Below, one piece after another: positions 37,569 through 48,679 of a DNA stretch of 64,000 nt. Numbering within the stretch: position 1 is the stretch's first letter; each line of letters begins with the position of its first letter. Under the pieces are notes generated by a model. The model did no database searches and was not told the origin of the DNA. It saw only the letters and a list, made by a program, of their open reading frames with translations. The stretch comes from Amphiscolops sp. MND2022. Lineage: Eukaryota. A program made the position numbers and the translations under genes. The stretch is from positions 86,492,001-86,556,000 of the forward strand of contig OZ076409.1 in the NCBI GenBank assembly GCA_964187785.1, read 5' to 3'.

Positions 37569-39139
37569 CTGCAAAATCAAAAGGTTCATAAAAGTACTCA
37601 AAAAATTATTTTCAATTTTTGATCTTTTCTTTTGCGGCAAGTGTTCATCTTGAGGGCATAGAAACTTTTCGGGTGAATCAGCGCAATTGAAGGCAATTGT
37701 GACAATAAGAACCAATATGGGCGATTCTCTTGTCAATGGGATCGATGAAAGCTTGATTTTTTTTCAAGACATTGCTTATTTATCAAAGACACCTACGGTG
37801 TTTCTATCGGACAAATTGATCCGCAGTTTTTTGAAGTTCTGCTTTGATGATTTTCAATAAAATGCCCTGGGTATAACTATTGAATATAACAAGTTCATTC
37901 TCTTTCATGCTTTCGAGGCTTTATGGAAGTTACTTGTGCCTCTGATAGAATTAATTCTATCTTAAAAGCGTGGGATAATTTTTAGTACTTTTTGAAACCC
38001 GATGATTTGCTATATTTATTACACCAAGGCGTGATTACTGCGAAACTTAGAGTAAACATATATAGAAAATGGCCAAATGATTAAATACATCTTTTAGTTG
38101 ACTTGAACCTTTTTTCAATCAGCGCTTTTTCGTAAGAAAAAGTTCACGACTCTAATGTTTCAAGTCTTTTTTAACAATCTTTCTACGCCTGAAGACTCTA
38201 AAATGAACAATCTAAAAGATGAAAAGGCTCCTCAATTTCAATTTTGCACATTTCTACGTGATCTAGGAAAGTAAAGGAAGCCAAAAATCCCCTCTTTGTT
38301 TTTTTGACAGATTTTTCTGCATTTCTGAATTTTTATAAAAACCCTTTTGGCATATTGTTTGAGATTTAAGCAGGGCGCCGACTTGGGACGCGTCTTCTTG
38401 TTCATCGTTCTTTTCAGGGAAATCTTGTTGATAACTGAACTTTGTAATATAAAAGAAACACAGATGTAATAACCTCAACATCGAATTCGTCGTCAAACAA
38501 GGACGTGTGATTTGGATTTGTGATTTGTCAATATAGTTCTTCCGAGCCACCGGGAAAAAATTAACTAGAAAAAAGTGAGAATTTGCAAAGTTACTGTCCC
38601 ACTCTAAAGGGTTTTCAGGAACAGAAAACCGGTTTCAGCTTCGGCTATTATTCGTGGAGGAAAGCTGTGAAAAAATTAGGAAAAATTGTCAATTTTTAGA
38701 AGTGGGAAAAAAATTTTCGACTATTTATGCAGGGGTACGGAAAACTCAACACATTTAATTAAATTCAGTTAACACCTCAATTTTGTTTAACTTCAACTCT
38801 AACTAATTGTTAAATCCGTATATCTTCCATTTACACTTAGTCACATTTGCGACTCATTTCAAACACATATACAATTTTTACCATTTTTATTCAAACGTTT
38901 TTCGACAACTTGAAATTTTATTTTTCCCACTTTTAAATTTTTTTTACGTTAAAACGTTCATTATATTGGTCCAAACTATGAAACAAAACAATAGAAGTTT
39001 TCTGTGTTGAGTTTTCTTGTGTTGAGTTTTCTTCTGGTAATCATTTATGCAATCGTATCGTTTCGTTTTTTCTCCTGACTTTTCAATGGAAATTTCAAAT
39101 TTCTCAAAAGCTGTCCATATGATTTTCATAAAATTTTGC

Positions 39140-39680
39140 ACAGTCATTCTACACCCATAGGGGCCCCTGCGTGTGCAATGGCATCAAAATGGTATGACTG
39201 GGATGTGAGAAACATCGCCAAAATGAGCCAAAAAACAGCCATTTTTCAACTTTTTTGATTGTTTCAAACTCCTTACGATTCGAACCAAATTTTCTACAGT
39301 CATTCTACACCATATTAGAGTCCTATATGTGCAATGGAATCAAAATCGTATGACTGGGATGTGAGAAATAGCCAAAATTTTCTACAGTCATTTTACTCCA
39401 TATAAGGGTACTATGTGTGCACTGGCATCAAAATCGTATGACTAAGATCTGAGAAACTTAGCCAAAATTAGCACAAAAATGACCAAAAAACAGCCATTTC
39501 TCAACTTTTTTTCGATTTTCTCAAAAACTCCATACGATTCGAACGAAATTTTGTACAGTCATTCTAAATCATATTATGGTCCTATGTGTGCAATTGCATC
39601 AAAATCGTATGACTCGGATTCGAGCGAGTCAGAAGGAAAAGAGCTAAGCCGACTCCTTTACCGCACATGCGGCTCTGGTT
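39140..39680 (+). repeat. Intronic element with ~4 imperfect tandem units and a terminal hairpin
   Basis: cagtcattctacaccata...gtgtgcaatggcatcaaaatcgtatgact at ~39140, 39297, 39386, 39556; ends ccgca-ca-tgcgg ctctggttt. Confidence 0.6.
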
Positions 39681-39729
39681 TAACTTCTCGGTGAACTGTC
39701 GAGGATAAGAAAGCAGTAATAATACGCAC

Positions 39730-39954
39730 CCTCCGACTCTGGTGCATGAAGCACACCACATGAGAAGGGTGATGGAGGTGACGAGGAAGATGAAGAGGAG
39801 CCAGTACCAGATGAAGAGGAACACGTACTCGTTGAAGATGTTGATGGGCAGAACACAGGGCATGTGGTGAGTGTGCACTTCCTCCACCACGCGCGCGTCC
39901 ATAGAACACCAGGTCACGCGTGGGAACATCTCGATCACGTGTCCAAAAGGCCGC
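39730..39954 (-). CDS. Innexin exon (extracellular loop 2 plus TM4)
   Basis: FPRVTWC...CVLPINIFNEYVFLFIWYW; gacag| acceptor and |gtgcgt donor keep the frame. Confidence 0.95.
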
Positions 39955-41768
39955 CTGTCAAAAATATGGTGCTACGACATTATGCCCGAAGCGGACATTA
40001 CGGCCAATAACTTGAAAATTTGTTGTTTTCAATTTTTGATCTTTTCTATTGCGGCAAGTGTTCACCTTGAGGGCATGGAAATTTTTCGTGTGAATCATCG
40101 TATTTGAAGGCAATTGTGATAATAAGAACCAATATGGGCGATTCTCTTGTCAATGGGATAGATGAAAGCTTGGTTTTTTCATTATTGCCCAATGTATAAT
40201 TATTGGGCGTAATCTCCGGACACCTTTGTCAAGTCAAAATGTATCGTTAAGTTACAGTTGACAGTAGAAAAATGATCTGCAATCTACTCTTCGCGTTTTT
40301 TGCTGATGTTCCTTGATGAATCTGCAAATGCTTCATAAATTTTGACTGAATAGTTTGAGATTTCAAAGTCAGTCATTTTCTTTTTCCAGAAAAAAAATTA
40401 TTCTAGGGCACTGATTACCACCTTTCAGCGAAAATGGTTGGATTATCATTCCCTTAGTTGCTTGATTCCTGTAATGCATGAGTTATGAGTCCGGCCTTTA
40501 TTCCATTGTCCACAACTTGAAAGTCCAATACTCCTAACTTGGACTATAAAACTCATACGCTAATTGTTTTGTGAGCGGTATCTTGAATGAAAGTTCTCGT
40601 TTGAAGAACTTGATTGATCTAAATGTTGCTTTTTTGTTAATTTCTGTTTTTGAATTCATCATTATTGTTTTAATGAAAAAGGTAATTCTGTCAATTCAAT
40701 TTTTTGAAGTGAAAAGCTCTTTGAAGATTTAAAAGATTTTCTTTTTGAAACCACAAATCAAAAGACGCATCAAACGCAGCTGTGAAGTTTATGATAATCA
40801 AAGCGCGGAAGGCGATCTTTTTGTAATATTTTTGATTGCCGATTTGTGTTTGATTTGCTCTTGAAAACCCTAGGAGAAAGTTTTTCTTAATTTGAGGAAA
40901 TTGTCTGTGGTCAAAATGATGATTAATTTGAATGCTTGAAGTCATGAGTGAGATGTCAAAAGTATCCATGACAAAATTTTGACTAATTTTCATGTTAAGT
41001 CTTTCATGGTCTTTCATGTTAAGTGTCACATTAGGCCGCATGTCTTCGCATCTTTGACAGCGTAATTTCCAAGGTACCCAGGTTTCAACCGCAAAGAAAC
41101 GCGCAGTTTTTGTGCTTGAAAACAACTGATTTCTAGATCCACCTCTGACAATGTGAAGTACCGAGATACGATTGATTCCTTTGTGGCAATCTCGGTAACT
41201 GAGATTACGTCATTCGTTCCTCGATGAAACATCTGATTTTTCAAGTGATTTCGAGTGTCAAGTTGATAGATAACTCCCCAGGCGGAAAGTGGATGAAAAT
41301 ACTTTGCTCTCAGTGTAGTAAGTCAATAACTACAACAACTGAATCAGATCTAACCTTTTTTGTGAAAACGTGGAATCTATAATTTTTGCTATCGAAATGT
41401 TTAGCCCACGAAATGCGGCAGCCGGGGGTAACCTTTTGAAAATTCAATTGATCAATTTGTATTCAAGTACTCGTTTTCAATTTTAAAAACGTATAACTAA
41501 TACAAGTCGCGATTCGATGTGGAATTTACTGATGGAGTGATTTTCTTTCATATCCAAATATCCAAGGTAAATTGAGGCGATTAAACTAATGATACGAACT
41601 TCTTTTTGAAGAAAAAAGAATTGCAGTTCTTTTTGAAAGGGGTTCAATAAAACTTGGTCTCAATTACAAGTTGTGGCTTTTATTCAAGGGGTGGGAGTGC
41701 GATTGGAAAAATGCGGTAATTATTATTTTGAAAGAAACAAATTATTTTTTGAACTTGTATGTACTAAC

Positions 41769-42122
41769 CCGTAGTATAAGACTTGGACTATGACGGTGAA
41801 GCCATAAAGCAAATAGTCTTCGCCGATCCAGCATGTTAGACAATAATACTGGAACATAATGTTAAGCAGGAAAAGACATTTAACCACAGGATAAGATGTG
41901 GTTAAGTAGTTGCCGTTGTGTCTGCTTATGTCAACGATGCATCGTCCAGTGAGTAAAGATCGGATTTTGTTACATAATGTGGGGTCTGGATGCTTCTGTA
42001 ATTCCAGGTACCGATCGATGTGGCGCGAGATCTTTGCGATCACGTTCTGCCATTGATCAACATCCACCATCGTGTCAAAGGATGTCGCCATCATTGTTAT
42101 GTCCTCGAAATTGACTCCGGCG
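41769..42122 (-). CDS. Innexin exon (cytoplasmic loop plus TM3)
   Basis: AGVNFEDI...GNYLTTSYPVVKCLFLLNIMFQ...YLLYGF; cacag| and |gttagt splice sites in phase. Confidence 0.9.
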
Positions 42123-42420
42123 CTGTGAAGTTAAAAATCATGTTACATATTGACAAATTTTTAATTTAGCAGAACTCGTGTGGGTAGAAAACAATTGCTA
42201 CCAAATTCAGTTCTAGAAAAAAATTGTGAAGAGCGCGACACATTTTTTCTTTCTAATTTCGGGTTTATAGGTTTCAAATATTTTCGAGGTGGATACCTAG
42301 ACATAATGACGTATTGAAGTTCTTGGAAATTTCTCAGCGTTTGTTTTCAGAAGCGTTGGTGAATTATTGTTATGGTATTCTATTGATCCTAGATTGATAG
42401 TATTGAAATCATTTTATCAT

Positions 42421-43243
42421 CAGTGACCGTTAAAAAAAGTAAAAACATTTGCTAAAAAAAGTACTTTTGTAAGTAAAAAATTTCGCAAAAAAAGTAAGAA
42501 AAAAGTGATTTTCTGGATGAATTTTCAATTTATTTGCATGAACAAATGCTTATAAATCGTCTCACTTTTCATGTTTGTATAGTTATCCAACTTGGATTTT
42601 AGGATACTAAACAAACGTTCAACTGCACAAGATGTCAACGGACCATATAAAAATACAGCACAATTGTCCCGGATAAAATTCAGGTCCGGGTTTTTTGCAA
42701 GAACAGATTGCCATTTTTCAAGTGCCGAAGTCCCATATAAAGCTTCTTCGAACTTGATCAGTAACTTGTCCAAATTATGCAAAAAAAGTAAAAGAAAAAG
42801 TAACAAGCCGGGACCGGCCCAAGTCGGCGCCATATCCAAGGCTCAAAAATAGCAAAAAGACTTCCAAGTGTCAAGTATTCTTTTACAGAAGTCAAAAATC
42901 GAAAATTTTTCGAAATTTTTTTTTGAAAAAATTACATAATAAAAAAATTGGACCGAGCTAATGTCTCTCGAAAAAAATTGAAAGGGGGGACTCTTTGGTC
43001 TCTCCCGGTATGGTATGTTACGCGGAAAAACAGGTAAAACCATTTTGGTCCAGTTCGCTAGGCCAAATGGTGCAATTTGACACCATAATATTTTGTAGAA
43101 CTTTTAAGAACTATTTTGGTCAGTTCGTGTGGATAGAAAAAAAAGTCACTATAATAGTCGCGTTTCACTTCATGAAGCGCCGACTAAAAATAAAATACCC
43201 AAAATAAGTTTAAAAAAAGTTAAAACTTTTTTTACGGTTTCTG
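42421..43243 (-). mobile_element. Internally deleted hAT-like DNA transposon in an innexin intron
   Basis: Imperfect TIRs cagtgaccgttaaaaaaagt / actttttttacggtttctg, 8-bp TSD tttatcat on both sides, transposase C-terminal fragment PLTSCAVERLFSILK (42525-42790). Confidence 0.8.
42802..43190 (-). mobile_element. HINE-like family 2 copy nested in the hAT remnant
   Basis: Both termini match 24288-24931; internal repeats deleted. Confidence 0.75.
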
Positions 43244-43388
43244 TTTATCATATAAATATTCTTTGCCTAAAACGTATTGATTAGTATGTTGCGGTGGATC
43301 GACTGGTGAAGTTTTAACTAATCGATCAATAATGACACTCATTTTCAGTTCATTCAAATTTTTTTTGCCCGACTAAAAAGATGCTAAC

Positions 43389-43641
43389 TTTTCATAGATA
43401 GCTTTCCACACCAAGTGTGGTATTGTGAAAAGCAGAGCCATCACAAAGAGGGCCAGGGGAGTCCATTGATAGTAGAGGAGCAGAGAAGCTCCTGAAGGGT
43501 CGTGAGTGTCCAGAGGATTGTGTCCGTGGTTGAAGGTGCCGTAAAACCAACAGAACGCGTCTGCGTAGTTAACCCACTGTCCGGTGAACATTTGAGGTGA
43601 CCAGCAGATAATGGCATCGCCCACAAATTGTCTCGTAGTTA
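43389..43641 (-). CDS. Innexin exon (extracellular loop 1 plus TM2)
   Basis: TTRQFVGDAIICWSPQMFTGQWVNYADAFCW...YYQWTPLALFVMALLFTIPHLVWK, the innexin YYQW signature with two loop cysteines; tttcag| and |gttagc. Confidence 0.95.
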
Positions 43642-46600
43642 CTGAAATTAATCCCATTGTATCTTTTGCCTTGTCTGAGAAACTTCAACGCAAATTGTCT
43701 TTGACCCTATAGCTCGCTCGTTTGAGCTTTAGATTGCAAAAATATGGTTTTGTTTCAAATTTTTGCTCTAAAAAATTAGTTTCAATGACAACTGTCTCTT
43801 AGTCTCACATGCTTTTGATCATTAGTACTTCCATACAATGTGCTCTATTTCCGCTGAGAAATAGTCTTTCAAAAACAACCGTGAAATCTTATTGTTTTCA
43901 TTGTTTTGAGCCGGTGATAAGTTAAAACGATTTTTAGGCACAGTTTGCAACAATGCCCTACTTTTACGGTGACTGGTTTTCCCCCACACCACAGCTGAAA
44001 TCGTATCACCCACTCTTCAATGACTTTACACCTAGGATCTAAGGCATGCCCAAAGGATTTCCCCTTCGGGTGTTTCAAAATGTCACATAATCTACAAAAC
44101 TCTTCCCTTTTGAGTATTTTTCGGGGCTGTGTATTTTTAGAACATTTTTTCATTCTGCCAAAAGGTCGGTGTCCTTTGAATATTTTTTGTACTGTTTTTG
44201 AGAATTTTAATAGAAGCAACCTTTTAACTCATTTAAAAGACTTTATGCTTTTTGAGCCTTGGGTGGGCACCAACTTTTTAAAAAGCGAAACTAACCTAAA
44301 ATTCCCAAGCTAACTAGAATAAGACTGGTATGTCTGAAATTGAGTCTGTCTGCGAAGTCTGAGTCGAGACCTTTGTTCAAGTTTCCCAAACTGCTAATCA
44401 AATCTGTCAGCATCTTCGCTTCACTTTGTTATATTGAGTCAAATGAATAGGGGTGCTTCAAATAATTTTTGTATTGGCTTCTGAAACAGTTTATTTCATG
44501 TGATTAGAACAAACTGAATTGATTCGATAAATGAGCCTAGATTAGGTTGAGTCGCCCAAAATTCTAGTCGACACCGAATCGGGGTATACAGGAATTGATT
44601 TGGTGCTGAATGTGGTAGGCAGCAAAATATTTCAATATTTTTGTTAGGCGAATAGTGTGTACAGTTTATTGCGAAATCTAATCAGCCAAGAATAAGGTGC
44701 ACAGGGAAAGGGACTGCGGGGATGAGAAATGAATGGTACGAAAGAGTTGTGTTTGGTGCTAGAGGCAGATTATTAAAGAAGACAATTTCGACCGGACCTC
44801 TAATTAGCCTCTTGATGCTAATCTGTTCGGTGTGATTTTATTTGAAATGATATCGCCAGTAATGAATTGTTGGAGATACTTGTATATGTAACGTGAGAGC
44901 TAGTGTAATCTGGATAAACAGGACAACAGCAGACCGGAGTCTTGCCGTCGTGCAGGAGGTATGTGGGACGTGATTGAAATAGCAGTAGTTCTACCTGTAG
45001 TGGTGGTGGTGGTGGTTGCGGGTTTTGCATCCATCCAAATGTCGCAATCTTTTCTTTTTCCCGCTTCCTATCTCTCTCCTCAGGAAGTGAGGAGGTAACA
45101 GGGGGTGTGCGATGTAGGGTGTGCAAGATGAGAGGGGAGAGTAAGGAGAAATCAACAGCTTCAGCAAATTCAAGCCAAGAAAGTGGAGTGAGGCAAAAGT
45201 AGCGATGACGGGAGAGGAGTCTTAGACGGCGACGTCGACAGGGGGGAGGCTAAAGTTGCCGGGAACGGGGGCTAGGGGATCAGACAATTAGTTGGTGTCT
45301 TGCCTTTTGAAGGGCCCAACCAGCAGTTGTGGCAGGAGCTGTGGCACCAGTAACAGTTGAAGGCTTTCTTAGCATCCCTGTGAAAATATGCCAATGCCAA
45401 AACCGTGTACTCTGCTCTCCTGCGGCCAAGAGACGAGATTGACTTTGAGCAAATAATGAAAAATACCATTTGCGTCTTTCATTTTCAATTGACTCTGCTG
45501 GCGACCGGGCTAGGCAAGCGGAGGCGGCTCAGTTGTTTTTGTCAATCGGTCCAGTAGTATTGAGGTACGGTACGTGGGGAATGGTACTAGTTGGCAGGCT
45601 GTGCTGATGTTGATCCAGATGATGAAATGAAAGAAATTAAGTGCAATCAGTTGTTGGTAGTTAGTGCCAGCTCAGAAGTGAATCCAACTTTGTTCGGAGG
45701 AGGCTGATGTTGCAGTTGCCACTGATTTTCACAGTTCACTCTCACTGTGCCCCTTGGTTTACTTTGTTCACGGGGTTTACCCACTGATGAAGGTAGAAGA
45801 GTAGAAATGGCAAAAAATACGCTTCATTAATTTTTGCCTGCAATATTTCCTGCTCGCCTCTTTGGCTCCTGATAAACACCGATGATAAGAACCTACCAGG
45901 AGCTGCCTAATATAATATAACTTTCTTTCTCTTATGATTAGACTGTTTTAAGGCCCAAATATATACAGTTAACAGCTTCTCCTCACTTTTGCAGTCTCCT
46001 CCAATTCGAATCAAGTCAGCATGTCACTTGCAAAAAGAGCCAAAAAGTAGTCAAGTATTTTTATTAACTTACCTACTCAAATTTTTATGGAGCGCTCTTT
46101 TTATGCGACCGTTAAACTGTGAAGTTTGTGAAAACCTGTAGGATTAAAAGAACTTACCGCCACCAAAAGAGGATGAGAGGGCTATTTTCATTTTGTTCAC
46201 ACTGTTCTAAATAATAAACAAGAGGCCATGCGTATAATGTTCAAACTTGTAATGAGGTACTAACCTATTTTGTAACCAATGTTCCAGGCCAAAAGTCACG
46301 AGGAGGAAAAGAAAGAGCAACTCGAAGCGGCAGTTCTTCGTCTGGAAGTGTTAAAAGTACGTATGGCTTGTTTACTTGTTCAAAGAGTTCTACAACAAAA
46401 AACGTGCCGCGTGTCGTGCTTAATGGTTTAATGCTAATTGAGGCCCAAAAATGGTCGTGCTGAATTAATTTGGGAAGATATAAGATGCAAAATAAATGGA
46501 ACAAAATTGATTACACGGCTGTTATGAGATTCTTCACATATGCATCCGAGTAGGTATCTGTCTTATGCGTCAGTTATTTCATCGCTGCTCTAATTTCGAC

Positions 46601-47718
46601 CTGGTTATAATGTGAAGATGAAGAAGGGTTTACAATAACTAACCGGTTAAGTTGTTGTTTCTTTAACCAACCATGTGCCTGGGTTGAGGGCAGAATGATT
46701 CAATTCTTTGGAAATTAGGAGACCTCAGCAGCCGCCAAAATGGGAAGGATGTCTGTGTTATCCATGAATGATTTGAAAGCACAGAGCAACTAGTTGGCGT
46801 GGCTTGGTTAAAGTTAGTTAAGGAGTGCTAGTTATCAAATTAACACTTGATGCTGACAATTAGCTGTACCAAATGTCACCGTTTCGCTAGCTCTCCTTTT
46901 TCTGTCTCAATCAAATGCACAATGCCAGAATGCAGCAGTGCTATTTGCTCCTAAGTAGAGCCACATACTGTTATACCACACGATTCCCCTTTCCTGATTC
47001 CCATCCTAGCTCCGTTGCCTTCTGTTGTTGAATGCCAACTGAACAACCACGGATTTCAAACAGAAACACGTAATCCTCAAATTTTCTTTCAGATGTCAAT
47101 TTGGTTTCACTATTTGCGTTCGAACAGGATTTGAAAATGTTCCAATTGAGCAGGATATTGAACCTTGTATGAAGTTATTTGTTTTTCTGTTTCAGGCAAG
47201 TCTTGTGCGCAACAGCCTGGTGATGATAAGCGACGCTGGAGTTAGATTAGCTCAGGGGCTGGAGAAGATAGGCATCAATCAACACAAAATCTCGAAAATG
47301 ATACCCGTCATACCTGCCCATTTAGCCACACCCTCACCCAGGGATGTTAAAATATTTTTTTTGAAAAAAAAACAATTTCGACAGTGCAGAGTGTACTGTC
47401 GATATGTAGTAGCTTGGAGATATTCTTTTTAGGCGATTTTAGTATCTCAACTATACATCAGTTGAATTGAACTTGATTTTGAAATGTTTTGCTCCTAGCA
47501 ACGCTCTTTTTAGTGCAGCGAGTTTGCAGGCCCATCAGTTTTTCGATACCATGTTCGTTTAAAGAAGATGTGGCAAGGCTCGAAGCTTAAATAGTTTTTC
47601 AAAACAATAAAACTTTTTTCCCACAATAAAATAAAGGTTTACAGTCTGATTCGCATTTCAAAACAACTCAATCTCGTCGTTTATTTTGATTGATTTTAAC
47701 ATCCCTGACTCCATCCAG

Positions 47719-48005
47719 TAACCCCAACAACACATCCTGTTACCCTGGAAGCGACGTGACCAACCAGCTAGTGGACAACGTGGCCCAAGACATTGGTATA
47801 ATGAGATCGACGCCCCAAGAATGCAGTCATCTGTGTGAACCCATGTTCAAGAGACCACAGGTTGCCCCCAATATGCCGGCACAGCCCGGTGCCAACTCCA
47901 TCTACACCAACACCACGTCATCTGCACTTGTCAACCACCCCCTCACCAAGTTGAACCTTCCTCCCCCTCCGTATTCCCCACCCTCGCCTGTCTCCATGAG
48001 TGGGG
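47719..48005 (+). CDS. Probable exon of the unknown plus-strand gene (Pro/Ser-rich, PPPY)
   Basis: Open GC-richer frame; ccag| acceptor (uncertain), |gtcagt donor in phase 1 matching the exon at 52615. Confidence 0.55.
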
Positions 48006-48306
48006 GTCAGTAAAGATTAATAATATCTCATGAATTCAGCGAGGATAAGAAATTTTGTGAATGTAGTGTGACATTCAGTTATAAATTGTCGACAGTGAAA
48101 TTTCATGAAAGCATGTTCACCACGACAATTTTAGTTGGTAGCTCTGACCTCTTCAGGTCTGGGACATTGCTAAACCAAAAAGTTATAAGCACATTTTTGC
48201 ATGCTTTCGCGTAACCGAAGAGGTTTCGAAACATTTAATCCGAAATTATATCGAATTGTTTTTATCGTGTTCCACCACAATTCTCATTCTTTGAAGTTGA
48301 AGTCAC

Positions 48307-48605
48307 TTTTTGCACATGACGAAGTCAATGTGCATTGCAGTCCAGCTAAGTAAGTTTTTTTTCCACTATAGTCTTCCAACTTCATAATGAGCGCCTTTTA
48401 GATAAAAGCCAAAACCCCAGAGAGATTCGAACCTGCAGCCTCCCGATTGCACGGCATAAGTGTTGACCACTGTGCCATAGGGACGTTATTGAACAAAGTT
48501 GAACTGTTGAATATATTCGCATGCGATTAAAATGATATATATACGCATATTAAAATAATCGATGTCTTCGTCATGTGTTGCGAAGCACCGCTTCGCCTCT
48601 GTGTT
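48307..48605 (+). mobile_element. HINE-like family 1, copy B
   Basis: Near-identical to 666-960, including subTIRs, antisense tRNA-like segment and hairpin. Confidence 0.75.
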
Positions 48606-48679
48606 GATAATTTTCCTGTAGTTTTTCTCCAAAGTCAATGAACAACTTTTGTGAATAGAATCAAAGTATTGTTGTTTAT

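Noticed and set aside
40300..41250. Nested gene or LINE remnant in an innexin intron
   Set aside because: Only faint coding-like fragments with stops; no diagnostic motif.
46136..46157. 22-nt GT-AG micro-intron on the minus strand (gtaagttcttttaatcctacag)
   Set aside because: Far shorter than other introns here and flanks give no recognisable protein.
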